From Escherichia coli (GTDB lineage Bacteria > Pseudomonadota > Gammaproteobacteria > Enterobacterales > Enterobacteriaceae), in assembly GCF_029227855.1 (NCBI RefSeq), contig NZ_CP074356.1: a stretch of DNA of 64,000 nucleotides. One strand, given 5' to 3'. Below, piece after piece: positions 29,440 to 43,504 of the stretch. The notes under the pieces were generated by a model. It was not told the DNA's origin, did not search any database, and saw only the letters and a program-made list of their open reading frames with translations. Numbering within the stretch: position 1 is the stretch's first letter; the number at the start of each line of letters is the position of its first letter. Position numbers and translations under genes: made by a program.

Positions 29440-30627
29440 TCAACAAAGCGCGGGCTGCCCCCACGGTCTTGCACGAATTCCTTTTAACATCAGCACCCAC
29501 GCAGCAATAATCACCAACGTTAAGATGATAAACAGCGAGGAAGGCGGCAGGTTGGTTAGCACTACGCCACTCACTAATGGGTTAATCGCGGCACCAAGCC
29601 AGCCTAAAGACTGGGCGGAAAAATAGCTGGCTTTCATTCCTGGCGGCGCAATATGGTCAATCAACATATACTCGCCCGGCGCATAAATGATTTCACCGAC
29701 AGTAAATACCGCAGCTGACATACCCCACAATAGCAGGCTGTTGCCGGAAAAAATAAAACCAACCAGACCGATGACGAAACAGAGGGTGCCTGCTGTCATC
29801 AGCGCGCGGATGTTAGCCGGGTTAAGGCGGCGGCCCACGGAATATTGCAACGTAACTACCATGGCAGCATTCACCGGAAGAACAACCGCAACCACCTTTT
29901 CGGCAAAATCCCCATCAGCAATCACCATCACATATTGTGAAATGCATGAAGCAAATGCGCCGCTAACAAAGGAAGCCAGAAAACCAGAGCAGGTAAACCA
30001 CAACAGTGCTTTATCTTGTAATAAAACTTTCGGCGACCAGGCACTGCCTGTTTCCGTGGCGATGATTTTCTCGCTGCGCTTTACCCAAATTTGAATGAAA
30101 AGCATGGGAAACGCGGAACAGATAGCAGCCAGCCAAAAGGGCAGATTGATGCTCTGCATCACCAACAGCGTGCCGAGCGGCGGACCGATGGTCCAGCCAA
30201 TGTTGAGCATGGTGTAGTTGATTGAGAAGATTTTCGTTTTGCTGGTGGAGGAAAGATTGTCGGCAAACCAGGCTTTCAACACGGTAGCAAAAACGGAATA
30301 GGCGCAGTTAATAAGGGCAAAAAAGAGCACCACCAGCGTCACGTTATTCACTAAAGGAATGGCAATAAAACCGCTGGCGAAGGCGGTAATTGCCAGTAAC
30401 ATATAGCGTTTCTTGTCGAACTTATCCGCCAGGATACCAAAACCGAGACTAAAAACGACGCCAATAGTGAGCGCAATTGTCATCGCATAACCGATTAGAT
30501 CGACACTCAGGTTGTACTGGCGACTCAAGTAAATGGTCATAAACGGCAGCGTAGCGCCGCGTCCGATGGTTAATAACAACGACGAGGCAAGAAGGGCGCT
30601 GGTAGAGCGTCGGAGGGATAAGTTCAT
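29440..30627 (-). CDS. ydeE: MFS transporter YdeE
   Basis: 395-aa, 12-TM major facilitator protein in the expected position. Confidence 0.9.
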   Translation of the reverse strand: MNLSLRRSTSALLASSLLLTIGRGATLPFMTIYLSRQYNLSVDLIGYAMTIALTIGVVFSLGFGILADKFDKKRYMLLAITAFASGFIAIPLVNNVTLVVLFFALINCAYSVFATVLKAWFADNLSSTSKTKIFSINYTMLNIGWTIGPPLGTLLVMQSINLPFWLAAICSAFPMLFIQIWVKRSEKIIATETGSAWSPKVLLQDKALLWFTCSGFLASFVSGAFASCISQYVMVIADGDFAEKVVAVVLPVNAAMVVTLQYSVGRRLNPANIRALMTAGTLCFVIGLVGFIFSGNSLLLWGMSAAVFTVGEIIYAPGEYMLIDHIAPPGMKASYFSAQSLGWLGAAINPLVSGVVLTNLPPSSLFIILTLVIIAAWVLMLKGIRARPWGQPALC

Positions 30628-30821
30628 TTGTCTGTCCGGCAGTGCGTTTCGTTATGTTTTGTTTTAGAGATGTAAAGAAATAGCATGGCAAAAATCCGAA
30701 GTATAGCGACTTATTTGCGCATTAATGCCGTCGTAATCGGCGACTAACGAATCAACTGTTAAAGAAAAGTAAATTCAGCTAAGTTGATTGCTTACAAAAG
30801 ATGAAATTCAGAGGCGGTAGA

Positions 30822-31721
30822 ATGTCGCGAAAAGATGGGGTGTTGGCGCTACTGGTAGTGGTCGTATGGGGGCTGAATTTTGTGGTCATCAAAGTGGGGC
30901 TTCATAACATGCCACCGCTGATGCTGGCCGGTTTGCGCTTTATGCTGGTCGCTTTTCCGGCTATCTTTTTTGTCGCACGACCGAAAGTACCGCTGAATTT
31001 GCTGCTGGGGTATGGATTAACCATCAGTTTTGCGCAGTTTGCTTTTCTTTTTTGTGCCATTAACTTCGGTATGCCTGCTGGACTGGCTTCGCTGGTGTTA
31101 CAGGCACAGGCGTTTTTTACTATCGTACTTGGCGCATTTACTTTCGGTGAGCGGCTGCATGGCAAACAATTGGCGGGGATTGCCTTAGCGATTTTTGGCG
31201 TACTGGTGTTAATCGAAGATAGTCTGAACGGTCAGCATGTGGCGATGCTCGGCTTTATGTTGACCCTGGCGGCAGCATTTAGTTGGGCGTGTGGCAACAT
31301 CTTCAATAAAAAGATCATGTCGCACTCAACGCGCCCGGCGGTGATGTCGCTGGTAATCTGGAGCGCATTAATCCCAATCATTCCCTTCTTTGTTGCCTCG
31401 CTGATTCTCGATGGTTCCGCAACCATGATTCACAGTCTGGTCACTATCGATATGACCACCATCTTGTCTCTGATGTATCTGGCGTTTGTGGCGACAATTG
31501 TTGGTTATGGGATCTGGGGGACGTTACTGGGACGCTATGAAACCTGGCGGGTTGCACCGTTATCGTTACTGGTGCCCGTAGTAGGACTGGCAAGTGCGGC
31601 ACTATTGTTGGATGAACGCTTAACGGGTCTACAATTTTTCGGTGCGGTGCTCATTATGACCGGGCTGTATATCAATGTATTTGGCTTGCGGTGGCGTAAA
31701 GCGGTAAAGGTTAGAGGCTAA
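30822..31721 (+). CDS. eamA: Cysteine/O-acetylserine exporter EamA (YdeD)
   Basis: 299 aa from MSRKDGVLALLVV; drug/metabolite transporter family. Confidence 0.9.
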   Translation: MSRKDGVLALLVVVVWGLNFVVIKVGLHNMPPLMLAGLRFMLVAFPAIFFVARPKVPLNLLLGYGLTISFAQFAFLFCAINFGMPAGLASLVLQAQAFFTIVLGAFTFGERLHGKQLAGIALAIFGVLVLIEDSLNGQHVAMLGFMLTLAAAFSWACGNIFNKKIMSHSTRPAVMSLVIWSALIPIIPFFVASLILDGSATMIHSLVTIDMTTILSLMYLAFVATIVGYGIWGTLLGRYETWRVAPLSLLVPVVGLASAALLLDERLTGLQFFGAVLIMTGLYINVFGLRWRKAVKVRG

Positions 31722-31725
31722 ACCA

Positions 31726-31765
31726 TACGCACAGAATGTGATGCCAGCACTCTGTGCGTATGCTT
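31726..31765. terminator. Bidirectional terminator between eamA and the GntR regulator
   Basis: Perfect 12-bp stem (CATACGCACAGA...TCTGTGCGTATG) with a flanking T-run. Confidence 0.65.
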
Positions 31766-32464
31766 TTATCGCGGGAAAAAGTACTTTACCTGGAACTCGA
31801 AAATATTGCTGTAAAGTAACGAATAATCCAGCGGAATAGAGTTACTGTCCACAGCCTGGGTCTGAATTTTAAGTATGGGATCCCGTGGGCTGATCCGTAA
31901 AATACTGGCGATTTCTGGGGTAGGAAAAGTAGGGGAGAAAGTTTCAAAGGTGCCAATGATTTTGATCCCGCATTCGTTCTCAATATACGAAAATTTGGAT
32001 TTTTGCATATGTGCTACGGTTAAATCAGGAAAACGTGCCACTGACATCCACGTTTCTTCTAATTGTGCTGCATTATCCTCAATGAATCGCAGTCTCTTTA
32101 TGTAATAAACCTGCTCACCAGTCACTAAATTCAGCTCAGTCGCAATAGGGGGAGAAGCATCCTGCACTTCAAATTTCATAATCTGACTTCCTGCCTCCTT
32201 GCCGCTTTTATGCGCAATTTCACTGAAGCTGTTCATGTGATCAATGTGTGCAACAAAATTCTTTTTTTGAATATATGTTCCTGAACCATGCTTTCTATGA
32301 ATAATTCCTTCGCCTTCCAGCAAGGATAATGCCTTACGCAGGGTATTACGCGAAACATTATAACGAACAGCGAGTTCAGCTTCTGACGGCAACAAATCAC
32401 CAACATGCCATGAATAGCCATTGATCTCGGATTTAAGTAAGCGGGCAATCTTTTGAAAAATCAC
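31766..32464 (-). CDS. GntR-family regulator (HutC subfamily, UTRA effector domain)
   Basis: 232 aa; N-terminal winged helix-turn-helix (LPSEAELAVRYNVSRNTLRKAL); divergent from the PTS genes; AT-rich. Confidence 0.85.
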   Translation of the reverse strand: MIFQKIARLLKSEINGYSWHVGDLLPSEAELAVRYNVSRNTLRKALSLLEGEGIIHRKHGSGTYIQKKNFVAHIDHMNSFSEIAHKSGKEAGSQIMKFEVQDASPPIATELNLVTGEQVYYIKRLRFIEDNAAQLEETWMSVARFPDLTVAHMQKSKFSYIENECGIKIIGTFETFSPTFPTPEIASILRISPRDPILKIQTQAVDSNSIPLDYSLLYSNIFEFQVKYFFPR

Positions 32465-32662
32465 TTTTGCACCTTTTAAGAGCCATTGAAAACAAGGAGT
32501 TGAGTCCTGATTGGTTTATCGTATGGCCGAGTCGTTTAATTATTACCCTGATGTTGAACAACTTTATTGCTGTATTACTGTGATCAATGTACCAGGACGT
32601 ATAGCTACTGCGGGATATGATATTTACACAATGTAATCTGTTATATACCAGTAAGGGAAAAT

Positions 32663-32974
32663 ATGAAAAAGATATTGTTAGTTTGCGCTGCGGGCATGTC
32701 AACCAGTATGCTGGTTAAACGTATGATTGATCATGCTAACGCTATTTCACTTGAAGTTAATATTTCCGCATTGGCGATTGCAGAGGCTAAAGGGAAAATT
32801 AAAAATAACGAAGTTGACGTTGTTTTACTTGGCCCGCAAGTTCGCTTTCAGAAACCAGAGATTGAAGCTGTTGCACAGGGGAAAATGCCTGTAGCTGTTA
32901 TCGAGATGAAAGACTATGGCACCATGAACGGACAGGCAGTTCTTGAATTTGCGATGAAACTACTGCAAGAGTAA
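32663..32974 (+). CDS. PTS lactose/cellobiose-family EIIB
   Basis: 103 aa; N-terminal MKKILLVCAAGMSTS with phospho-accepting Cys. Confidence 0.85.
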   Translation: MKKILLVCAAGMSTSMLVKRMIDHANAISLEVNISALAIAEAKGKIKNNEVDVVLLGPQVRFQKPEIEAVAQGKMPVAVIEMKDYGTMNGQAVLEFAMKLLQE

Positions 32975-33088
32975 GAATCTAATATTATTAAACTATTACC
33001 TGAACTAACTTTTCACACATCATAAAATGGATATGGCATACATGCTTTATTGGGATGTATAAATATCCAGAACAACAGGTATAAAAAA

Positions 33089-34411
33089 ATGGGATTAATG
33101 ACCTCATTCGAACGTGGAATGGAACGTTTTCTTGTTCCAGTTGCTATCAAGTTAAACTCACAAAAACATGTTGCAGCGGTGAGAGATGGATTCGTTTTTA
33201 CGTTTCCAATTATCATGGCAAGCTCATTAATTATATTAATAAACTTTGCCATATTATCGCCAGACGGCTTTATTGCCGGACTGCTGCATCTGAACAGCGT
33301 TTTTCCCAACCTTGAAAAAGCACAAGCTATTTTTACTCCGGTAATGAATGGCTCTGTAAATATCATGTCAATTATGATTGCTTTCCTGGTCGCCAGAAAT
33401 ATGGCGATTAGCTATGAGCAAGATGATCTTTTATGCGGATTAACGGCAATAGGAGCATTTTTTATTGTTTATACGCCATATCAGATGATAGATGGGCAAG
33501 CATTCCTGACGACCAAATATCTCGGCGCACAGGGGTTGTTTGTTGCTGTTATCGTTGCATTAATCACCAGTGAAATATTTTGTCGCTTAGCTCGAAACCC
33601 AAAAATCACCATAACGATGCCGGCAGCTGTACCTCCTGCGGTATCGCGTTCATTTAAAGTTTTATTGCCAATATTTTTTGTCATGGTGTTCTTTTCCGCA
33701 CTTAATTATTGCCTGACACTGATATCCCCGGCAGGATTAAACGATCTCATTTACACATTAATCCAGACGCCGCTCAAACATATGGGAACGAATATCTTTG
33801 CGGTAATTATCCTGGGGGCTGTGGGTAATTTCCTGTGGGTGCTGGGGATCCACGGACCTAATACCACCTCGGCAATTCGAGAAACTGTTTTTTCTGAGGC
33901 TAATCTGGAGAATCTCTCCTGGGCCGCTCAACACGGCACTACCTGGGGCGCGCCATATCCGATTACCTGGACTTCTATTAATGATGCATTCGCCAACTGC
34001 GGCGGTTCAGGTATGACGTTGGGGTTATTGTTGGCTATTTTTATCGCGTCTAAGCGTGCGGAATACCGTGATCTGGCAAAAATGTCGTTTATCCCCGGTA
34101 TTTTCAATATCAATGAACCGATAATGTTCGGCCTTCCTATTGTACTTAACCCCATCATGATGGTGCCGTTTATTCTGGTTCCCATTGTTAACTGTGCCAT
34201 TGGTTACTTCTTTGTTTCGATGGAAATTATTCCACCGGTTGCTTATGCCGTGCCCTGGACTACGCCCGGACCTTTAATTGCTTTCCTCGGAACCGGGGGA
34301 AACTGGCTGGCGTTACTGGTGGGTTTTTTATGTTTAGGTGTGGCGACAATGATCTATTTACCTTTTGTTATTGCCGCCAACAAGGTCAATAACTTAACAA
34401 CTAACGGATAA
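33089..34411 (+). CDS. PTS lactose/cellobiose-family EIIC permease
   Basis: About 440-aa polytopic membrane protein; start chosen at an internal Met and could shift by a few codons. Confidence 0.8.
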   Translation: MGLMTSFERGMERFLVPVAIKLNSQKHVAAVRDGFVFTFPIIMASSLIILINFAILSPDGFIAGLLHLNSVFPNLEKAQAIFTPVMNGSVNIMSIMIAFLVARNMAISYEQDDLLCGLTAIGAFFIVYTPYQMIDGQAFLTTKYLGAQGLFVAVIVALITSEIFCRLARNPKITITMPAAVPPAVSRSFKVLLPIFFVMVFFSALNYCLTLISPAGLNDLIYTLIQTPLKHMGTNIFAVIILGAVGNFLWVLGIHGPNTTSAIRETVFSEANLENLSWAAQHGTTWGAPYPITWTSINDAFANCGGSGMTLGLLLAIFIASKRAEYRDLAKMSFIPGIFNINEPIMFGLPIVLNPIMMVPFILVPIVNCAIGYFFVSMEIIPPVAYAVPWTTPGPLIAFLGTGGNWLALLVGFLCLGVATMIYLPFVIAANKVNNLTTNG

Positions 34412-34438
34412 TCCCATTTACACAGGAAGGAGATGTTG

Positions 34439-34750
34439 ATGTTTGCAGATGAAGAACTTGTTATGGAGTTACTGATCAACGCGGGACAGGCACGTTCTGA
34501 TGCGATGGAAGCCATACGTTGTGCCGGGCAAAAAGACTGGCAGGGCGCAACTCAGCTAATGGCCAGTTCGGAATTAGCCTGTCTTCAGGCACATAAAATT
34601 CAGACCGCGTTAATTAGTCAGGATGAAGGTTGTGGCAAAATAGTAGTTAATTTAATTCTGGTTCATGCACAGGATCATTTGATGAATGCAATATTATGCC
34701 AGGATTTAGCCAGGGAAATTATTTCATTAAGAAAAGAGCTCCATGCCTGA
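34439..34750 (+). CDS. PTS lactose/cellobiose-family EIIA
   Basis: About 103 aa, helical; GGAAGGAG Shine-Dalgarno before ATG 34439. Confidence 0.85.
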   Translation: MFADEELVMELLINAGQARSDAMEAIRCAGQKDWQGATQLMASSELACLQAHKIQTALISQDEGCGKIVVNLILVHAQDHLMNAILCQDLAREIISLRKELHA

Positions 34751-34802
34751 TTTTTTCCTCCAGTGCGATAGCTGGAGGAAATTATTACACTCTTAAGGAT
34801 AA

Positions 34803-36473
<1,671 letters not shown>

Positions 36474-36479
36474 TGGTAA

Positions 36480-37943
<1,464 letters not shown>

Positions 37944-37960
37944 GACTTCAGGAAGATATT

Positions 37961-37990
37961 ACGGAGATATCAGGCTCTGTGATCAGAGCC
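37961..37990. terminator. Bidirectional terminator between the glucosidase gene and marB
   Basis: Perfect CAGGCTCTG-TGAT-CAGAGCCTG hairpin. Confidence 0.6.
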
Positions 37991-37999
37991 TGACAATAA

Positions 38000-38218
38000 C
38001 TACATAGCGTGTTGATTATAATAGGGCACGCCGAGCGCATCCGACTTATCACTGCCAGTACCCATGTGATTTAAATCAAACGGTGGTTGTTCCTGCGATG
38101 GGGGAACAACCACGACATTGGCACAGGAAGTAACAACCGGCTGCGTGGTTTGTTCCGCAATGCCCTGCGTGGAAAAGAGAATAAACGCAGCTGCTATTGC
38201 GGATAAAAGTGGTTTCAT
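38000..38218 (-). CDS. marB: Periplasmic protein MarB
   Basis: 72 aa, matches recalled MarB (MKPL.SAIAAA..LFS.QG.AEQTTQPVVTSCANVVVVPP). Confidence 0.85.
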   Translation of the reverse strand: MKPLLSAIAAAFILFSTQGIAEQTTQPVVTSCANVVVVPPSQEQPPFDLNHMGTGSDKSDALGVPYYNQHAM

Positions 38219-38249
38219 GATTGCCTCAGTGACGTTGTCACGTTATCAA

Positions 38250-38633
38250 CTAGCTGTTGTAATGATTTAATGGATGTAAAAAGCGCGATTCGCCCTGCAT
38301 ATTGGTCATCCGGTATTTATGTGGCGGAACATCAAAGTAATTTTTGAAGGTTCGGGTCAGAGTTTGTTGCGACTCGAAGCCATATCGTTCTGCCAGATAG
38401 AGTATCGGCTCGTTACTTTCCTTCAGCTTTTGCGCGATTTCCGTCATCTTACGGCTGCGGATGTATTGGCCTAATGAATGACCGGTTTCTTTTTTAAACA
38501 TCCGTTGCAGGTGCCATTTAGAGTAACCCGAACGCTCTGACACTTTCTCCAGTGACAGTGGCGATTCCAGGTTGTCCTCGATCCAGTCCAAAATGCTATG
38601 AATGGTAATAGCGTCAGTATTGCGTCTGGACAT
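38250..38633 (-). CDS. marA: AraC-family activator MarA
   Basis: 127 aa from [21 protein letters not shown]; two helix-turn-helix motifs. Confidence 0.9.
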
Positions 38634-38653
38634 CGTCATACCTCTTTTTTTGT

Positions 38654-39088
38654 TTACGGCAGGACTTTCTTAAGCAAATGCTCAAGTGTTGCCACTTCGT
38701 CCGCCGTCAGGTTTTTTGTTAATTCTTGATGCAGGTCCTGGCCAACTAATTGATGGCATTGTTCACATATTGCCGCGCCGCTGGTGGTAAGTTTTACCAG
38801 TACGCCGCGCTTGTCATTCGGGTTCGGCAACCTTTCCACCCAGCCTTTACAGACCAGGCGATCCAGCATACGGGTCAGCGCCCCCAGGTCGACCGATAAC
38901 ACTTTTTTCAGTTCAACCGGAGTAATACACGCCGCGCAGCGAATAGAGCAGAGCACCTTAAACTGTGCCGCGGTAATATCCAGCGGAGACAGATACTCGT
39001 TAAGCAGGCGATCTTTCTTCTGATTAACCATATGGATTAAGCGACCCAATGGAATAATTTCATTGAACAGATCGCTGGTACTTTTCAC
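38654..39088 (-). CDS. marR: Multiple antibiotic resistance repressor MarR
   Basis: 144 aa winged-helix repressor directly upstream of marA. Confidence 0.9.
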
Positions 39089-39299
39089 ATTAGTTGCCCT
39101 GGCAAGTAATTAGTTGCAGGGGATAATATTGCCCAGGCAAGTATAAGTCAAATGAATGAATTGACCGATGCCACGTTTTGCTAAATCGGTTCAAATTTTG
39201 GTCAGTGCGATGCAAGGCTAGCTAAAGAGTGACACTTTATCGTTGTTTACCCCTTATACTTTTCGCTGATAACCCAGATACACAGGATAACAACCACCA
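39089..39299. promoter_or_regulatory. marO divergent promoter/operator region with two MarR-type palindromes
   Basis: TTGCCCTGGCAA at 39094-39105 and TTGCCCAGGCAA at 39129-39140, about 35 bp apart, just upstream of the marR start. Confidence 0.7.
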
Positions 39300-39965
39300 A
39301 TGTTAGATTTATTTAAAGCAATTGGCCTGGGGCTGGTGGTGTTACTACCGTTAGCTAACCCATTAACAACTGTCGCGTTATTTCTTGGCCTGGCAGGCAA
39401 CATGAACAGTGCCGAACGTAATCGTCAGTCGTTGATGGCCTCGGTGTACGTCTTTGCCATCATGATGGTGGCGTATTACGCCGGGCAACTGGTGATGGAT
39501 ACATTTGGCATTTCGATTCCCGGTCTGCGAATTGCAGGCGGCTTAATCGTCGCGTTTATCGGTTTTCGGATGCTCTTTCCGCAACAGAAAGCAATTGATT
39601 CACCGGAAGCGAAAAGCAAGTCGGAAGAGCTGGAAGATGAACCCAGCGCCAATATTGCTTTTGTACCACTGGCAATGCCAAGTACCGCCGGTCCGGGAAC
39701 CATAGCGATGATTATTAGCTCGGCGTCCACAGTGCGTCAGAGTTCAACCTTTGCTGATTGGGTACTGATGGTTGCGCCGCCGCTGATCTTTTTCCTGGTG
39801 GCGGTTATTTTGTGGGGAAGTCTACGCAGCTCTGGCGCAATTATGCGGCTGGTGGGTAAGGGGGGCATTGAAGCGATCTCCCGTCTGATGGGATTCCTGC
39901 TGGTATGTATGGGGGTGCAGTTTATTATTAACGGCATCCTGGAAATCATTAAAACGTACCACTAA
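39300..39965 (+). CDS. marC: Inner membrane protein MarC (UPF0056 family)
   Basis: 221-aa polytopic membrane protein divergent from marRAB. Confidence 0.9.
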   Translation: MLDLFKAIGLGLVVLLPLANPLTTVALFLGLAGNMNSAERNRQSLMASVYVFAIMMVAYYAGQLVMDTFGISIPGLRIAGGLIVAFIGFRMLFPQQKAIDSPEAKSKSEELEDEPSANIAFVPLAMPSTAGPGTIAMIISSASTVRQSSTFADWVLMVAPPLIFFLVAVILWGSLRSSGAIMRLVGKGGIEAISRLMGFLLVCMGVQFIINGILEIIKTYH

Positions 39966-39989
39966 AAAAGGCCCGAATGGGCCTTTCAA

Positions 39990-41180
39990 CTATTGCGTCT
40001 GTTCTTCGAGTGTCACTGGCCAGCGGCGAAATATAATGATTGACCATATTAACGCGGCAAAAGCAGGCACCGCGCCCACATAACCAATCATCGACATTGA
40101 CCAGTGCAGACTCACCTGATTACCTACCAACGCACCCGCCCCGATTCCAATATTAAATATCCCGGAGAATAGCGCCATCGCGACGTCGGTGGCATCTGGT
40201 GCCAGCGCCAGCACTTTAACCTGCATACCAAGCCCGATGATCATCATCGCGATCCCCCAGAAAATACTTAGCACCCCGAGGTGTATTTCACTGTTCGCCG
40301 CAGGTAGCAGCAGTGCGAGGCACACCAGCAACAACGCAATCGCCGTACTCACCAACGCAGACGCATACTGATTACCCAGTTTACCGAAAATCACGCTGCC
40401 AATAATGCCCGCACCACCGAGTAATAACAGTAATGCCGTGGCAAAGTTGGCGCTGAATCCCGCAATGTTTTGCACAAAAGGCTCGATATAGCTGTATGCC
40501 GTGTAATGGGCGGTGACAACCACCACAGTTAACAAATAAATGCTCATTAATGCCGGGCGGCGGAACAATAGCGGGAGGCTTTTCAATGAACCGGAATGCT
40601 CACTGGGCAGCAAGGGAAGTAACTTAATCAGGCACAAAAGGGTAATAAACGCCCCGATACCAATCGCGAAGAAGGTCATTCGCCAGCCAAAATACTGCCC
40701 CACAATGCGCCCGAGAGGTAAACCTAATACCATCGCCAGTGCAGTACCGGTGGCAATTAAACTCAATGCCTGTGCTCGCTTCCCGGCCGGAGCCATACGG
40801 ATCGCCAGAGACGCCGTAATCGACCAGAAAATCGCATGTGCAAAAGCCACACCAATGCGACTGATCACCAGAACGGTAAAACTCCACGATAAAAACGACA
40901 GTACGTGGCTGGCAATAAACACCACAAACAGGCAGATCAGTAATTTGCGCCGTTCAACCTGGCTGGTCATTAACATAAAAGGCAATGACATTAGCGCTAC
41001 TACCCATGCGTAAATGGTCAACATAATGCCGACCTGAGCGGTTTGCATGTGAAAACTTTGCGCAATGTCAGAGAGCAGGCCAACTGGGACAAATTCGGTG
41101 GTGTTGAAGATGAAGGCGGCGACTGCCAGCGTAACGACCCGTAGCCACGCCACTTTGCGGGAAACAGTGTTTGTTGTCAT
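39990..41180 (-). CDS. sotB: MFS sugar efflux transporter SotB (YdeA)
   Basis: 396 aa, 12 TM segments. Confidence 0.9.
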   Translation of the reverse strand: MTTNTVSRKVAWLRVVTLAVAAFIFNTTEFVPVGLLSDIAQSFHMQTAQVGIMLTIYAWVVALMSLPFMLMTSQVERRKLLICLFVVFIASHVLSFLSWSFTVLVISRIGVAFAHAIFWSITASLAIRMAPAGKRAQALSLIATGTALAMVLGLPLGRIVGQYFGWRMTFFAIGIGAFITLLCLIKLLPLLPSEHSGSLKSLPLLFRRPALMSIYLLTVVVVTAHYTAYSYIEPFVQNIAGFSANFATALLLLLGGAGIIGSVIFGKLGNQYASALVSTAIALLLVCLALLLPAANSEIHLGVLSIFWGIAMMIIGLGMQVKVLALAPDATDVAMALFSGIFNIGIGAGALVGNQVSLHWSMSMIGYVGAVPAFAALIWSIIIFRRWPVTLEEQTQ

Positions 41181-41329
41181 AACAGATTATCGGGTGAGTT
41201 GCGAAAAAGTGATGAAATGATCTTAAAACGGTTAATGATGTGAATACAATGCATTTGTGATCTGGATCGCGTTTTCCGTTTCTCTGACGCTGATTCTTTC
41301 ACGCGTCAGAGAGTCGGTCACATCACGGT

Positions 41330-42445
41330 TTAATAACGTTCAGGGAGGTCTGGCGTTTTGGAGGTTGCGGGTATAGGTGGTCTGACAGGGGAGCGAGGCC
41401 TGTTTTTCACCAGGTCTTCATGAGTAACTTTTGGCGGCGTTTCATTTTTTACAAAAAGTTTGAGGGTCTTGCACGCCATATGTTTGATAATTTTATCATC
41501 ACTTAATGATGCTGGCATCAACACGTCAATCAAATCACTTTCATTGGGATTCATAAATTGGTGATAGTGCAATAACATATTGGCGAAAAATAAAAATAAG
41601 TCCTGAAAATGTGGAAAATCTTGTTCTGCTAAAATGGATAAAAAGCAGATGCAGACTTCGGGTAGTACATGTTTGTTAGAACCTAGTGAATCCATCAGAC
41701 TTTGCAATAAATCCTCTTTTAATTCGCTGTCCGTTATGTCGAGAATAGCGGTGAGCAAGTTAGGTTCTTTATTCCCGAACCATCTGTGAACCTCAGAGTT
41801 ATTCCATAATCGGGGGAGTATGACAAAATTACCGCGAGAGATAAAATTCAGGACAAGCAAATCAAACTGGCGTAAGTAATCTGCAGCGGTATGGTGATCC
41901 GGATGCAGGGGTTCAATATGTGGCGTATGCGCTCTTTTGATAGGAACGCCAGGGTTGATCATTGGAAATTGTTCAATAAAATCATTCAGAAACAGAAAGA
42001 GTACACGCTCGACGCCGGTCTGAAATACGCGCCCCATAGTGACAGGCTTTGGGTTGGGAGCGCAAAAAATATTAATTTCCCCATCATGGCGGAAATTATC
42101 TAAATAAATAGGGCTTAAATTTATTACTACCTGAAATTCAATATTTTCTTTGTGTCTTCCATTCCTGGCAGGATAAGTGAGTTTAAATTGAACTTTTTCA
42201 TTGTATAGCGTGTCGTTACCCCGGAAAGAGGTTCTCTGAATATATGATAAGTTATCAAGGTTATTAAATATCTTTTTTGTGGCTGAGCTGATGTTTAAAG
42301 ACGTACGCCACTCTTCATCACATATTATTGTACTTAGCGCATCAATAAAATCCTTTAAAACTTCTTTTACCTGAGGTGCAATATTACGAACGGGAAAATC
42401 ATCAGGAAGAGATATGTAATTGCTGATGCTTACTGGCGTAACCAT
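41330..42445 (-). CDS. yneK: Uncharacterised protein YneK
   Basis: 371-aa AT-rich ORF between sotB and yneJ. Confidence 0.75.
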   Translation of the reverse strand: MVTPVSISNYISLPDDFPVRNIAPQVKEVLKDFIDALSTIICDEEWRTSLNISSATKKIFNNLDNLSYIQRTSFRGNDTLYNEKVQFKLTYPARNGRHKENIEFQVVINLSPIYLDNFRHDGEINIFCAPNPKPVTMGRVFQTGVERVLFLFLNDFIEQFPMINPGVPIKRAHTPHIEPLHPDHHTAADYLRQFDLLVLNFISRGNFVILPRLWNNSEVHRWFGNKEPNLLTAILDITDSELKEDLLQSLMDSLGSNKHVLPEVCICFLSILAEQDFPHFQDLFLFFANMLLHYHQFMNPNESDLIDVLMPASLSDDKIIKHMACKTLKLFVKNETPPKVTHEDLVKNRPRSPVRPPIPATSKTPDLPERY

Positions 42446-42528
42446 ATTTGCCCCATATAGTCATAAGTCATCGGAGCATCACTATATAGAGCATATTAGC
42501 CGCAAGAACTATCAAAAATAGCTCATTG

Positions 42529-43404
42529 CTAACTCTGTTTTGCCGAGTCAGACACATCCAGTAGTTGAATAAATGCCTCAAGCGGACGCGTTTTTGCACC
42601 GCGACGCCAGACCAGCCATGTTGTTAACCAACGCCATTGCTCAGCTAACGGCCACGCCTCAACCTGGTGATGCCCCGGCATACTTTCCAGCATAGAGCGT
42701 GGAATAAGCGCAATGCCTGCTCCTGCGACCACACAGGCCAACATCCCGTGATACGACTCCATCTCGTGAATAGTTCCCGGAGCGGCACCGTCAGCATGAA
42801 ACCAGCTCTCGAAGTGGCGACGATACGAACAATTGGCGCGGAAGGCATAAATGTTACTGCCATTAACCTGACTGGCGCGGGTTACTGGCGCATGTCCTTG
42901 TGGCGTGACGATCATCAGCTCCTCGCGGTACACCGGTATCCCGTCAATGGCAGTATGGTTAATGGGCCCATCAATAAACGCTGCATTCAGTTTTCCCTCC
43001 AGCACACCTTCCAGCATAGTGCCGGAAGGGCCGGTGGAAAGTGAAAACTGAATTTTGGGATAACGACGGTTAAATTCCGCCAGCGTGGCCGGAATGCGCA
43101 CTGCAGCGGTGCTTTCCAGCGAACCAAGAGAAAATAAACCTTGCGGCTCATCGCCAGCGACAACGCTCCGCGCTTCATCCACTAACGCGAGAATTTGTTG
43201 GCTATAGCGTAAAAAGTTATGCCCGGCAGGCGAGAGACGTAAACGCTGATTCTCGCGAATAAACAGATCAACCCCCAGTTCTGTTTCCAGCTGGCGTAGA
43301 CGGGTAGTGAGATTCGACGGCACGCGATGCACTTTTGCTGCAGCCTGGGTAATGCTGCCAGCTTCGGCAACCGCGTTGAACATCTCCAGTTGGGTCAGAT
43401 CCAT
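42529..43404 (-). CDS. yneJ: LysR-family transcriptional regulator YneJ
   Basis: 291 aa; N-terminal helix-turn-helix ([40 protein letters not shown]); divergent from sad. Confidence 0.9.
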   Translation of the reverse strand: MDLTQLEMFNAVAEAGSITQAAAKVHRVPSNLTTRLRQLETELGVDLFIRENQRLRLSPAGHNFLRYSQQILALVDEARSVVAGDEPQGLFSLGSLESTAAVRIPATLAEFNRRYPKIQFSLSTGPSGTMLEGVLEGKLNAAFIDGPINHTAIDGIPVYREELMIVTPQGHAPVTRASQVNGSNIYAFRANCSYRRHFESWFHADGAAPGTIHEMESYHGMLACVVAGAGIALIPRSMLESMPGHHQVEAWPLAEQWRWLTTWLVWRRGAKTRPLEAFIQLLDVSDSAKQS

Positions 43405-43504
43405 AATATTCTCGATTCGTGAATAAGTGGCTTAATATTATTCATTTTAAAGCAAGAGTAAATCTGCGTATCTTTTTACCATAACTCATAAAGGAGATAC
43501 CCCG